This document shows, one piece after another, positions 45,812 to 56,508 of a DNA stretch of 64,000 nt. The translations under genes and the position numbers were made by a program. The number at the start of each line of letters is the position of its first letter. Position 1 is the first letter of the stretch. The notes beneath the pieces were generated by a model. It had not been told where the DNA came from, ran no database searches, and worked only from the letters and a program-made list of their open reading frames with translations. Source of the stretch: a virus (taxonomy: Duplodnaviria; Caudoviricetes); IMG/VR virus record IMGVR_UViG_3300001580_000006, positions 128,001-192,000 of that record; one strand, written 5' to 3'.

Positions 45812-46116
45812 GTGTGCTTAATCATTCTTACGATAAGGTTCTCAAGCCAACTTTGATATCTCCAGCAGTACCTGCACCACCAGCCGCCATTGCGGTCTTT
45901 TACTAGGTGTCCACGGCACTCTATACAGTAGTTCATGCTTTTGTCCTAAAGCCATTTTCTATCTTGTTCCATACACCATAAGCAGTTGTTAGGTCTTTCT
46001 TTGCGGCATTACGGATGTTTGGCGTTAGCCCATTGACCTCGATACCATGCAGCAGTTTAGTATAGAGCAACAAGGCAGCTATGAGTGTACCGCCCTCGTC
46101 TGGAGATACGCTAATC

Positions 46117-46953
46117 CTACTTTCTGGCATTTTCATTGTCCATTGCGTTTTGAAGTGCCACCATCTCGTCTTCTACTTGGTACACCTGATCGATAAACGA
46201 TTTCTCTCTCTTGAGCAAGCGATTGCGCTCATATGGTAGGTTGATTTCTATCTTCTTTACCATTTGGCCTGGGTTCGATCTCATTAGGTATATTTCATCA
46301 GCAAGATATACTGCCTCTGAGATGTCATGGGTGACAAATATTACAGTGGTCTTTATTTTCGGCCACAGGTCGCAGAGAAGGTCCTGCATCTTAAGCCGAG
46401 TATTTATGTCTAGAGCGCCAAAAGGCTCATCCATCAAAAGGACCTCAGGGCTAGTTAACAGGCTTCTAGCGATAGCTACTCTCTGTAGCTGGCCGCCTGA
46501 AAGTGTGGGGTATTTAGCATATTTCCAGCCTTGGCCTTCTAGCCCCACTAAACGTAGCATTTCCTTAGCTTTAGCTGTACGTTCTTCCTTCGGCACGCCT
46601 TTATAATAGAGCCCTAAGGCTACGTTTTCCTCAACGCTAAGCCATGGAAAGGAAGAGTACTGCTGAAAAACCATGGAGGTGGGCATCTGCCTAGACGCTA
46701 CTTTACCGTTTATAAGGATAGTGCCGGCCGTAGGCTTTTGAATACCTGATATGTAACGTAGTACCGTTGACTTGCCGCAACCTGACGCTCCCAAGATTAC
46801 AACGAACTTACCGGCTGTCGATCCGTCTTCGATTAATAGGTCCAAGTCTTTGAGGACCCAGTGGTTACCGCCATCATACGATTGGCTCACTTTCTGTAGT
46901 TCTACAGAATCCCTTTTATTGGGATCATTAAAGATTGGTATATTTTCGTACAT
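46117..46953 (-). CDS. ABC transporter ATP-binding subunit (TauB/SsuB-like; start reassigned to 46953)
   Basis: GASGCGKST, LSGGQLQR, LLMDEPFGALD, VTHD; GAGG RBS before MYENIP. Confidence 0.93.
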   Translation of the reverse strand: MYENIPIFNDPNKRDSVELQKVSQSYDGGNHWVLKDLDLLIEDGSTAGKFVVILGASGCGKSTVLRYISGIQKPTAGTILINGKVASRQMPTSMVFQQYSSFPWLSVEENVALGLYYKGVPKEERTAKAKEMLRLVGLEGQGWKYAKYPTLSGGQLQRVAIARSLLTSPEVLLMDEPFGALDINTRLKMQDLLCDLWPKIKTTVIFVTHDISEAVYLADEIYLMRSNPGQMVKKIEINLPYERNRLLKREKSFIDQVYQVEDEMVALQNAMDNENARK

Positions 46954-46954
46954 G

Positions 46955-47740
46955 TTATTTCCTCTTATAAGGGAATAGCGTATTATCAAGCCACTTGAAC
47001 ACACGGTCTTGGATAAATCCAATAAGTATGATGACGAGAAGGACCGCAAACACTTTGTCCATTCTGCATTGTCTAGATGCTGAAAATATCAAAGCGCCTA
47101 AGCCGCCAGTTTTGTTAACCAACTCCGCCACAATGATATACGTCCACGATATGGCCACCAGAACCCGAATGTCATCCGATAATTTTGATAAAACGGCAGG
47201 GATGTACACAGAGTGTATCTGCTGCCAACGGGATGCACCTAAGGTTCTGGAGGTCTGAACGTAGACGTCTTCTAGCTCGTCAATTCGTTGTACTACCACC
47301 GGAAGGAGGTAGACGAAAATGCCGAAAGCTAGGAACAACACCTTCATATTAGTTTCGATTCCGAACCAGGCTATAAAGATGCCAGTAAGAGCAGTGAGGG
47401 GAAGGAACCTAGAAGCGTCAATGTAACGGGAAAATAGGCTTCTGCAAATAGGAAACAATCCTATTGGAAAGCCTATAAGAAACGCAGCCACAACAGCTTC
47501 TACGTACCCAAGCAGGTTAAGCTTGATAGAGTACCCCGCGTTCATTATGAGCGCGTCGTCAAAGTGAAGCTCACTAAACGATGTTATTACTTTCCAAGGT
47601 GCAGGAAGGATAGAAGGTGGAAGTAGGCCAGCACCTGTGATATAGGTCCAAACTGCTAGAATTATAGCAAAGCCGGCTACCTCTATCGTAAGGCCTGTGC
47701 GCTTGTCTAAACGGCCACGCAGTTCAAAAAATCTTTTCAC
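46955..47740 (-). CDS. ABC transporter permease (TauC/SsuC-like)
   Basis: Multiple TM segments; TLGASRWQ EAA-like loop; IVAEL....GLG. Confidence 0.9.
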   Translation of the reverse strand: MKRFFELRGRLDKRTGLTIEVAGFAIILAVWTYITGAGLLPPSILPAPWKVITSFSELHFDDALIMNAGYSIKLNLLGYVEAVVAAFLIGFPIGLFPICRSLFSRYIDASRFLPLTALTGIFIAWFGIETNMKVLFLAFGIFVYLLPVVVQRIDELEDVYVQTSRTLGASRWQQIHSVYIPAVLSKLSDDIRVLVAISWTYIIVAELVNKTGGLGALIFSASRQCRMDKVFAVLLVIILIGFIQDRVFKWLDNTLFPYKRK

Positions 47741-48522
47741 TTCTTCTCCTTAGGAGTACTGTGAATAGCTACCGATTTGTTTTCGCAATCTCAGCTCTTC
47801 TAATTCTTTCTTTGGTGTTGCTATGGTATACAGAAAGGGCAGCTACAGTGCAGGCAATAATAAGCCAGAGAATGAGCAGTGCTTTGGAATAGTTACTCAT
47901 AAGCATGCTCTGGAAGACTGGTTTTGCAGAGATAAGCACATGCGGTACATGTTACCTCGCCGTTTTTAGGGTACTCAATAATGTCATTCAGCGTGTGGCA
48001 TTGTGGACAAACCCACTCGTACCCTTTGGCTATTATATCAACTGTTTCCATAGTCAGTCCTTGATGTGCATTACTTTAAATTGCTGAAGTTGTGGCATAC
48101 CATATCCTACCCAGACACCGTCAAACTTTCCTAGCCACTTTTTGATGGCGTCTTCGGTGTCCTCTAGCACCATATGGTTGCCACGTACCGTGTTTCGTAG
48201 GTCATCATTCACCACAATTTCTATTTCACCAGCGTCAAGTAACACTTTCGCCGTTTCCGGAATGGGCAGAAGCTTTGGCTCTACGAGTATATTTATTGTC
48301 ATCCGCAGCATCCTTTGAATGTTACCAAATCTCTTAGCCTGAGAGAGTTGTTTGTCAGTATGATGTGTCCGTTTGGTTCTTTAACCTCGAACTGATCACG
48401 CTGTGTGGCTTTACTATTTACTTGTTCGGCCATTCCTAAAATCAATGCGCCAAGTGGATCCGGTGCATCGATACTATACTCAGCGTTTGGAAACTTTACA
48501 ATGTAGTCCATAATTCCTTTTC

Positions 48523-48607
48523 GACGGTGGCTGGGCGACTTAGGATTTTAGTCCACACTATCGTCACATAGTAGCCAGATTCCACTGGCATCTCCCAACT
48601 CACCATC
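48523..48607 (-). ncRNA. circularly permuted tRNA-mimic RNA (T arm, closed acceptor, D arm)
   Basis: GATGGTG-A-GTTGGG/CCCAGC-CACCGTC closing stem; AGAT; GCCAG-TGGAAT-CTGGC; TACTAT/ATAGTG; TG; GACT/AGTC. Confidence 0.6.
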
Positions 48608-48712
48608 TCTGCAGAAGGGCGGCCCACAGGCTGTGGACGTATTTTGTTATTGGTCGACGTGGGTCCCTAGTCCACGCCGTTCTGCCCCAATTGACGGGGA
48701 CAGTAGACGCAC

Positions 48713-50251
48713 TTAATCGAGAAGTTCGAAGTCAGTGCGTCTATTCTTGGCCCGACCCCCAGAAGTAGTATTATCTGCTATGGGGTTGTCTGGGCCGTTT
48801 CCGACAACTATAAACCGGTCAGGGTCGAAGCCGTAACGCTGGACTAGGTAGGTAGCTACGGACTTGGCTCTCCTATACGAAAGATCGCGGTTGTACCCAG
48901 GATCACCGGTGTTGTCGGTGTTGCCCTCGACCCGCACCCGCGCTTTGGCGAAACCAGCTGCAATGTTGCCGAATTGCTGATCGATGAGGTATTTTGCGTT
49001 ATCATCGAGCGCATCAGCGTTCACAGCATAGTTCACCGTTACCCTCTTAGTCGTGACTGCGGGGGCACTCTTCATACCGGAAGGTGCTTTTTCAAACGCA
49101 GTAACGGATTCAGCAACGTGCGAGGGACCAGTTAGATCCACTGCCCGCAATATTGCGGTGTTGCTTATCGACCGCCAATTGGGTACTTTTGCCGGTGCAA
49201 AGCCGAGGTTTAGAAAGGCTTCAGCCATTTGTAAATATAGCTTTTCGCCTGTCATGCCAGAGTAATCGTTATTCAGATTAAAGAAGTTTACGTTGTCACC
49301 GTAAGTGGTTAAATACGCATTGTTTACAGCAATCCACATAAAGTCTTCGCTCTGATTCATGCCGTCTGCCAAATATTTGGCAGCTTCACGGCGTGAGCCT
49401 TGATCGGAGTTAAGAGTGGCATTGGCTGATAGCCAGCCTGTGACCAAAGCAACCAGCTCTTTCTCGTGCTTGTCTATGAAGGACCTCTTAGCGAAGTAAA
49501 CGTCCGCTATAATATTTGAAGCCTGCTTCGTTGAACGTAGCACCTTGGCACCCTTAACAGTATTCACGCAGTCCTCGTCGTCTGGGCTCCAGACGACGGC
49601 GGCGTCCACCTGACCAGCTTTGAAGTACCCGGCAGCGTCAATTGCCGAAGGCGCCTCAACCACCTTAATGTCGTTATAATCCAGGTTACTGGCCAATAGC
49701 ATACTTACTAATAAGGTGTGGGAGGGCTGAGCGAAGGCTACTGCTACCTTCTTTCCTTTCAGTTGCTCGAACGAGGTTATGCCCGGCCGAACTACTATAG
49801 CGTCTCCACCGCGGCTCCAGTCTATCTGGAAGAATATCTGTGGTTCAAGCTCTGCTAGGCCAGAAGCGAACGTCGGAAAGACGTCTGCTGTAGTCCACAT
49901 GAGATCGACCTTATCGGCTTTCCATGCCTCTCTAGCGGTGGTTGGGTCATCGATCAGTACGAAATTCACATTGATGCCGTACTTCTTCGAGAACTCGGAT
50001 TCTGAGTTGGCTTTGAATCCTTTGTTGTACCACACTCCACCTGCGAATCCGCCCCAAGTATTAACGCAGACGTTGATGGTCTTCTTGCCGCCGAATATAG
50101 AAGGGGACGATTTCGAAGCACCCTTTCCTTCGGGGATAAGCGATTTGCCCATCTTGGTGTTCTTTAGCAGCGCAACGCCGCCGACTAGGCCGGCCAGAAT
50201 CACAACCATTAAGAAGATTCTGGCAAACGGCGTCATCTGTGTCTTGGCCAT
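48713..50251 (-). CDS. ABC substrate-binding protein (NMT1/THI5-like) fused to OmpA-like peptidoglycan-binding domain
   Basis: N-terminal TM; DWSRGGDAIV; EGNTD..G...N..LS.RRA..V; G...P.A.N....GRAKNRR. Confidence 0.88.
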   Translation of the reverse strand: MAKTQMTPFARIFLMVVILAGLVGGVALLKNTKMGKSLIPEGKGASKSSPSIFGGKKTINVCVNTWGGFAGGVWYNKGFKANSESEFSKKYGINVNFVLIDDPTTAREAWKADKVDLMWTTADVFPTFASGLAELEPQIFFQIDWSRGGDAIVVRPGITSFEQLKGKKVAVAFAQPSHTLLVSMLLASNLDYNDIKVVEAPSAIDAAGYFKAGQVDAAVVWSPDDEDCVNTVKGAKVLRSTKQASNIIADVYFAKRSFIDKHEKELVALVTGWLSANATLNSDQGSRREAAKYLADGMNQSEDFMWIAVNNAYLTTYGDNVNFFNLNNDYSGMTGEKLYLQMAEAFLNLGFAPAKVPNWRSISNTAILRAVDLTGPSHVAESVTAFEKAPSGMKSAPAVTTKRVTVNYAVNADALDDNAKYLIDQQFGNIAAGFAKARVRVEGNTDNTGDPGYNRDLSYRRAKSVATYLVQRYGFDPDRFIVVGNGPDNPIADNTTSGGRAKNRRTDFELLD

Positions 50252-50274
50252 TGTACCTCCTTGTTTAGGTTTGG

Positions 50275-51291
50275 TTATTTATTCTTGAATAAGGTCGCAT
50301 ACTCTCCAACATCGACCTTCTTCCTGTCAGAAAATTCGAGCGTGTTGCTTGGATTGTTGGCCTGCTCTAGCAGCAGGACCTTGTCGTTGCCCAGCAGAGT
50401 AGACTCGGTGTGCTCCCACTTCTCCAGCATGTCTAAGCCACGCTGATCAAAGACACCAGCTTCGATATCGGCGCCGTCCATGAAGTTCTTGGAGACATCG
50501 AGGAATCTGTCCATCTCTCCTACCTTCTGCCCCAGATCCTGTGCCATGAATTCGAGAGTCTGTTCGTACATGGCCCTCTCGTCCGGGTTCCCAGAGATAA
50601 TCGACATGGCGGATTTCATCGCCTTGTATGACGCTTGGATGGATTTCCACTCAGACTCACGTACTTCAATGTCGTTCTTGTTGTCTTCATATAGAAGTCC
50701 GCATACCTGGTACATTTTGTCCAGCGTACGATAAATCTTCTCCATATTGGTGTACATAACCCCAAGCCTCTCGCTAGACTTCTCTAGCCGAGCGGCCTGG
50801 TTGGCGTTTATCGTGGCAATGGACAGCTTGTTTGCCTTCTTAGCGGCAGAGGCTTTATCCATACAGTTCCTAATTTCTGCTGAGTTTGCCTCTATCTTAC
50901 GACGTAGAGTGGCCATCTCCCCTTTTAGTTTACCAAGCTGCTGATCCATTTTGTTAAGATTCTCTGCCAACCTGCGAAGATGTATTTTGAGAACATTGAT
51001 TGGATCCAATTCGATGAACATGCCGGTAATCTTTCGCCAGAACGTCCGATAGGCATATCCTATCAGCATTCTCACTTTCGGATCCATTATGGAATAGCCG
51101 ATGGCAAAGATGATGGCCAACAGGACAGCCAAGTGCAGAATATTCTGCGAGAAGATGATGAGGTATGGAAGAGCCTTATAGAGAAACGCACCGGCGCCCA
51201 CTATAAGGACCGCTAGGAAGGCCATTCCAGCCTTCCCTTCCGGTTTATCCCACCAGGATTTTAATTGCTGTGAATCAGGTAGCTGGGTCAC
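50275..51291 (-). CDS. membrane-anchored coiled-coil protein (PspA-like)
   Basis: Two N-terminal TM helices, DP motif, long heptad region. Confidence 0.6.
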   Translation of the reverse strand: MTQLPDSQQLKSWWDKPEGKAGMAFLAVLIVGAGAFLYKALPYLIIFSQNILHLAVLLAIIFAIGYSIMDPKVRMLIGYAYRTFWRKITGMFIELDPINVLKIHLRRLAENLNKMDQQLGKLKGEMATLRRKIEANSAEIRNCMDKASAAKKANKLSIATINANQAARLEKSSERLGVMYTNMEKIYRTLDKMYQVCGLLYEDNKNDIEVRESEWKSIQASYKAMKSAMSIISGNPDERAMYEQTLEFMAQDLGQKVGEMDRFLDVSKNFMDGADIEAGVFDQRGLDMLEKWEHTESTLLGNDKVLLLEQANNPSNTLEFSDRKKVDVGEYATLFKNK

Positions 51292-51944
51292 GACCGACCT
51301 CCTTTCGGTAAATCCGGAATGTAGCGAGCGATGCAGTCGAGGTCCTTCTGAATTTTGGCCTCTATGACTCCGGCGGTCATGTTGAAATTGGCCCGCACCT
51401 GCTCTATTTTGCTGCGATTGGTTATCAGCTCATTGTTGAGCTGCATCTTCTTGGTCTGCGCAGCGTTGATGGCTTCGGTAAGCGCTTGGATCTCGCTGGC
51501 TTTGGCTTTGATATCATCATCCAGGGCTACCAGCTCACGTTCTTTGGCAGTTACGGTGGCCTCAGTCTGCTGGACAAGAACCTGCTCAAATTTCTTGCGC
51601 TCTTGGGCCACTATGCCTACATAGACTTTGCCCGAGTCCAGTAGGCCTTTTGAGGTTACTCCCATAGAGCTGGCCACAGCGAAAGTGGATTGGAATCTCA
51701 AATCCTCGGCGGGAATTATCCTCTCCTGTTGCTGTAGAGCTTGTGCGAACTCAAAGTAGTCATAGCCGGGCTGATTCGCAGCTTCCAAAGCTTTCAGTAT
51801 GACATCCTGGGCATTGACGTCTACCTGAGCTGAAGTTGGGCTGCCTACTGGCAGCACTGCTTGTACAGGTGCTGTGGGCTGTGTCTGCTCATCCGGCACC
51901 GTAGTGACAAACAGACCTTTCAGCCCTTTTAATGATGCCTTCAT
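51288..51944 (-). CDS. coiled-coil hypothetical protein
   Basis: PGYDYFEF motif; heptad C-terminus; coupled to previous gene. Confidence 0.6.
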   Translation of the reverse strand: MKASLKGLKGLFVTTVPDEQTQPTAPVQAVLPVGSPTSAQVDVNAQDVILKALEAANQPGYDYFEFAQALQQQERIIPAEDLRFQSTFAVASSMGVTSKGLLDSGKVYVGIVAQERKKFEQVLVQQTEATVTAKERELVALDDDIKAKASEIQALTEAINAAQTKKMQLNNELITNRSKIEQVRANFNMTAGVIEAKIQKDLDCIARYIPDLPKGGRS

Positions 51945-52093
51945 GTTTCTCCTTTTGTAGTTAGTTTCTAAACAATTCTATAAATAGTTGTAACAAGGCT
52001 ATAAAAAACAGAGTTACTATGATTGGCACCGGAGTATGTATATGAAATGACCAGGTAACGGCTGCTGCTACAGCAGCACTATAGGCCAGCGAC

Positions 52094-53224
52094 TCACGCT
52101 CTTTCATTTTCCTTACCCTTGGCTTTGATTGGACACAATGGCTTTATGGTAAACTCTTTGATTACTGTAGGTTTTATAAGTTCGGATATCATTTTGTGGT
52201 CTTTGTAGGCATCCGGAGATTCGTCAATGGTTGATTGATCTACGCTAGTTGTAAAGATTCCTTCCATGTCCTTTTTGAATTTGTCAAGGCTTAGGTTCCT
52301 TTTAGCGTCGCCACGGCTCATGACACGGCCAGCGCCGTGTGGGGCGGAATTGTTCCAATCGGAGTTCCCCTTGCCTCGTCCGATTATCAACCCGTCGCGC
52401 ATATTCCATGGTATAACAACCCGCTCTTCTAAGTTGGCACGAATGGCGCCCTTGCGAATCATGAAGTAACCCGGGTTATTTGGAAAGAATTCTATGTAGT
52501 TGTGAACAGACTCGATGATCCGGTCATAGACTGGGTCTAACCCTATTGTTTTCAATATGTTAGTAAGTATAGTATACCGGTTTGCGGCTGCCCAGATATG
52601 GGCGACCTTTACGGTTTGTAGATAGTCAGATAGGTTTCTGCCAGTAACATATTCTAGACCGCCCATCTTACCGGTTTCCTCAACAGCTTTGGCTTGGTAG
52701 AACTCCGCTATGCTTTTTCCGAAGTTTCTTGATCCAGTGTGAATAGTGATCCAGATGGTGTCGTTTTCTGCTAAACCAATCTCTATGAAATGGTTACCAC
52801 CTCCTAAGGTTCCTATTGACCTACCTACGTAGTTTACATCCTGCCCTGTTATAGTAGCGGTATCAGCGTAGTATTCTTTGCCAACAACTGGCTTTGGATG
52901 CACGCTGAACCCCATAGGCACCACCTCTCTTATAAGCTTCTCAAACAGCTCTAAAGCAATTGGAAGCTTGGTGCCGATACAGTAGGAAAGCATGCCGCAG
53001 TTAAGGTCAACACCCACTATATTCGGAATGGCGAAGTTGGCGTCAGTATAGGCAGTAAAGCCTATTACACAGCCGGCCCCTTTGTGTGCATCTGGCATAA
53101 TGCGTATTTTAGCGTCCTTAAATACAGCCTGATTAAGCAGATTAAGGATTTGAGCTTGGGCCTCTGGCTCCACTGTGTGGGCAAAGACTATAGCCTTGGC
53201 ATACTTTCCATCGACTTCGTACAA
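52094..53224 (-). CDS. rtcB: RtcB RNA ligase
   Basis: MPDAHKG.G, VGVD..CGM, GTLGGGNHFIE, HTGSR, HNY, RKGA, HGAGR, DESP.AYK. Confidence 0.96.
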   Translation of the reverse strand: MYEVDGKYAKAIVFAHTVEPEAQAQILNLLNQAVFKDAKIRIMPDAHKGAGCVIGFTAYTDANFAIPNIVGVDLNCGMLSYCIGTKLPIALELFEKLIREVVPMGFSVHPKPVVGKEYYADTATITGQDVNYVGRSIGTLGGGNHFIEIGLAENDTIWITIHTGSRNFGKSIAEFYQAKAVEETGKMGGLEYVTGRNLSDYLQTVKVAHIWAAANRYTILTNILKTIGLDPVYDRIIESVHNYIEFFPNNPGYFMIRKGAIRANLEERVVIPWNMRDGLIIGRGKGNSDWNNSAPHGAGRVMSRGDAKRNLSLDKFKKDMEGIFTTSVDQSTIDESPDAYKDHKMISELIKPTVIKEFTIKPLCPIKAKGKENERA

Positions 53225-53235
53225 AAGGCACCTCG

Positions 53236-53886
53236 TTATTTCTTATTGGCTTCCTCTTCGAGACGTTTGGCTTCCGCCAGGACTGGCTCTCTCATTGCAG
53301 CCAAAAGAACCTTACCGAACGGACCTTCGCACAGGCTGGGCCCAAAATGTTTGGCCACCAACTTGGCATCGGCACTGTCTTTGTAGGTGTCGAGGACCAT
53401 TGTTGGAATGCTTACTGATTCGTTTGCGCCTGGCATGATTTCTCCTTTAAAGTTGTTTGTGTATGGTATTACTAAATTACGTCGTTCTATTACGGCTATG
53501 AGTTCTTTGCTTAGGCCAAAGCCCAGCTTCAGCAGATGCTTTAGGTAATCAACATTCTTATCGCGCAATAACGACAGCAACGTTTTATTGGCGTATTTTC
53601 CGTCGAGCATGTAGTAGTTAGGACCTAAGTGAATCATGTCCTTACTACCATCGCCTTCGTGTACACCAATAGTGATTGGTGTTAAATTCTTTTTAGCTAC
53701 TAAGCGATAGCCATCAAGATTTTCAAGGTCAGTTATTCTAGCTGCAGTATGTCCAGTTTCAGCCCAAGCATGTAGAACCACTGCTTTGTCAGTCTCGTAG
53801 AGTTCGTCTTCGTCTGCGTTCCACACACTATAACGATGATTGAACATCATGCCTGGAGGCCATGGGTATGAGAATACTAGGGACAT
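53236..53886 (-). CDS. hypothetical protein
   Basis: ORF in gene run. Confidence 0.5.
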   Translation of the reverse strand: MSLVFSYPWPPGMMFNHRYSVWNADEDELYETDKAVVLHAWAETGHTAARITDLENLDGYRLVAKKNLTPITIGVHEGDGSKDMIHLGPNYYMLDGKYANKTLLSLLRDKNVDYLKHLLKLGFGLSKELIAVIERRNLVIPYTNNFKGEIMPGANESVSIPTMVLDTYKDSADAKLVAKHFGPSLCEGPFGKVLLAAMREPVLAEAKRLEEEANKK

Positions 53887-55259
53887 ATCTTCTCCAGTGA
53901 TTCAGGTTTACCGTTGCGCCAATCTTTTACATTAGTATGCAAAAGGTTGAGCATCCAAACTCGGTCGGCTAGTGGGTTTTCCAGTTGGTAGAGCTCAAAT
54001 TGTTCTAGAACCTGCTTGAAGGTTGGTCCAGGTGTCAATCCTTCAGCTATCAAATCGTCGCCAGTTATTAACCTAACTATCGTTGGTTTGGATTCTATAT
54101 GAGCAGTTTTCTTAAATTCTTCTATGAAGTCTAGGTTGTCTAGATTCTTACTTGATGCATCAACGTCAGCATAGCACAGATCATAGAGGTCCTCATAGAA
54201 CGGATGGGCGAGAAGCTGCACTATCTTGCCTGGCCGCATCTTCTTTATGTCCTTGAAGCGCATGTGATTTTCAACCAACCACACAATCTTTTCAGTCTCG
54301 TCTAAAGACATTTTTAACCTGCGGCAGATAAACTCCGTCATCCTGGCGCTCATCTCTGCGTGGCTATGGCTGTGAACTCTTCCACCAATGATCTCGTGCG
54401 CATGGAATTTGCCAATATCGTGCAGTAATACAGCCCAGAGAGTAGGCAGATCTGGAGTCAACCCGATTTCATGCCTACGTGTAATGTAGAAATCGAGTGC
54501 CAGCATTGTGTGAGTATATGCGTCTCCTTCTGGGTGGTGCTCCTTAGGTTGCGGAAGCTCCCACAGTCTGTCCATTTCCGGTAGGAAGAATGTCCATAGG
54601 CCAAGTTCGTGCATATCGTTCATATAGAGACTGGGGTTGCCTGTCAGCAACATTTTGTCCATCTCCATCTTTATGCGCTCCGGACTTATGCTTTGTAGAC
54701 GGAAGCTGTTGCGCTGTATAGCTTTGTATGATTCAGTCTCTATACCGAATCGCAGCTTTGCTGCTATTCGTACTGCACGCAGCATGCGGAGGCAGTCTTC
54801 GTCAATGCGTTCATGTGGAACACCAACGAATCTTACCAGGCGGTTTGCAATATCATTTACTCCACCTGTGCAATCTTTTAATCCACCGTTTACTGGATCT
54901 TGGTATAGAGCATTTATTGTGAAGTCGCGACGGATAGCATCTTCCTCCCAAGTTTCTGCTACTGAAGTACTTGCTGGTCTTCGCCCGTCTCCACCTTCGT
55001 TATGATCGATTCGGAACCTGGCTACCTCCACCTCGTGCTCATTGTCAGACACCAAATATACGCCAAATGACTTGCCGACTAATTTGGCACCAAACAGTTT
55101 GTCTAAAGCTTCTGGTGGAGCAGAGGTGGCTATATCGTAATCGTTTGGATCTTTTGTACTGAGTACTCTGTCTCTGACGCATCCGCCAACGAAGTAGGCC
55201 TCATACCCGATAGCCTGTATTTTGGCTACGACTGAAGTGGCAAATTCACGTAGTTCCAT
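53877..55259 (-). CDS. cca: CCA-adding tRNA nucleotidyltransferase with HD domain
   Basis: VGGCVRD, DYDIAT, RRDFTINA, ED.LRMLRAVR, ERI..E, HPEG...HT, LLHDIGK. Confidence 0.9.
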   Translation of the reverse strand: MELREFATSVVAKIQAIGYEAYFVGGCVRDRVLSTKDPNDYDIATSAPPEALDKLFGAKLVGKSFGVYLVSDNEHEVEVARFRIDHNEGGDGRRPASTSVAETWEEDAIRRDFTINALYQDPVNGGLKDCTGGVNDIANRLVRFVGVPHERIDEDCLRMLRAVRIAAKLRFGIETESYKAIQRNSFRLQSISPERIKMEMDKMLLTGNPSLYMNDMHELGLWTFFLPEMDRLWELPQPKEHHPEGDAYTHTMLALDFYITRRHEIGLTPDLPTLWAVLLHDIGKFHAHEIIGGRVHSHSHAEMSARMTEFICRRLKMSLDETEKIVWLVENHMRFKDIKKMRPGKIVQLLAHPFYEDLYDLCYADVDASSKNLDNLDFIEEFKKTAHIESKPTIVRLITGDDLIAEGLTPGPTFKQVLEQFELYQLENPLADRVWMLNLLHTNVKDWRNGKPESLEKICP

Positions 55260-55640
55260 TTACCTCCTCTACTATCTTCTGCGCTGTATAGTTGCCAAGT
55301 AGTATAGGCGCTAAGCTGGTAGCTAGCAAGGCATTACCGTGTGACAGGTTTAATAGCTCATCAGTTAGCTTGTCTCGGTTTACTCTATCTGCTGCGTCTT
55401 CCCATACTGTACAGATTTCAAGTAGGGTCTTGATTTCTTCCTCAGTGCCTTCGAACTCTGTGTCATCGACACAGCCAAGCACACGAGTGGTTACGTTTAC
55501 CTTTTTATCTGAGCACTTTGATAAAAGCCCACCGAATTTCAGTTCCCATTTGACGAGTTTTTCTATGGCCTGCTCAAATGTAACCTCTTGGCAGTTTAGC
55601 ATAACTTGTGGACCGCCATTGCTTCGATAGCTGTAGATGT

Positions 55641-56273
55641 TCATTGGTTTAATCCTGCTGTATAAACTGAATCGTATAGATGAAATACTAATTTGGTTCT
55701 GGTTTCAACGGTATCTACATATCCCCAGCTATGATTGTAACCATATAGCATTTGCCTATAATTGCCTTTAGCTAAAAGGTTAAGATCAGCTAGATGTTTA
55801 TATTGGCATGGTATAGAGATTTCAGGGTTTCTAAGTAGGCTTATTACTTCTTGCTCGTCTCTTGGGTCATAGCCCAATATTTTTAGATAAGGTAGTGCGG
55901 TTTTTGGCATAAACTGTGGTATACCAATTGCTCCAACATTTGAGGTAGCTGCACTAACAAATTGCGATTCATGAGATGCTACAGCTAGGCACTGAATAGC
56001 CAACTTGTCGGCTGGGAGGTCGAGATACGATCTAGCAACCTTTATCTTTTCCCACTTACCCATTTTAACAGGAGCGTACTTTGTAACAACAAAGTGTATC
56101 GCGTTAAACCTAGCAAGCGATTGGGTGTCCATTCCTCTCGTTGGGTTGTGCGACTGTATTAGTAAGTAGGTAGACACAGTTGCTGAGTACAAAGATAGAG
56201 CCACTACCAGCAGACCAAGTATGGCTGGTATTTTGTTTCTTCGTACTACTGAGGGTCTGCAGTTATCTGGCAT
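55641..56273 (-). CDS. lytic transglycosylase (SLT) with N-terminal TM segment
   Basis: ES, GAIGIPQFMPKTA, YN...YV. Confidence 0.82.
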   Translation of the reverse strand: MPDNCRPSVVRRNKIPAILGLLVVALSLYSATVSTYLLIQSHNPTRGMDTQSLARFNAIHFVVTKYAPVKMGKWEKIKVARSYLDLPADKLAIQCLAVASHESQFVSAATSNVGAIGIPQFMPKTALPYLKILGYDPRDEQEVISLLRNPEISIPCQYKHLADLNLLAKGNYRQMLYGYNHSWGYVDTVETRTKLVFHLYDSVYTAGLNQ

Positions 56274-56508
56274 TGTTCAAGGCTCAAAGTTCATAAATAT
56301 TGTATATTGACCTTCTTTGAATTCTAGCACATAACCGTACTTATTGACAGAATCAGCTACTGCTGGTAGTACGCTGGAATTATACTTAGAATATATGTTT
56401 ACTGGTTTATAAGTAAGCCATATTGTACGCTTAGGCTGATAAAATATTACTAAGCCCAGTTGTACAAGAGCAAGTGCAGCCAAGAAAAAGTAGTGTATTT
56501 CTCGTAGT

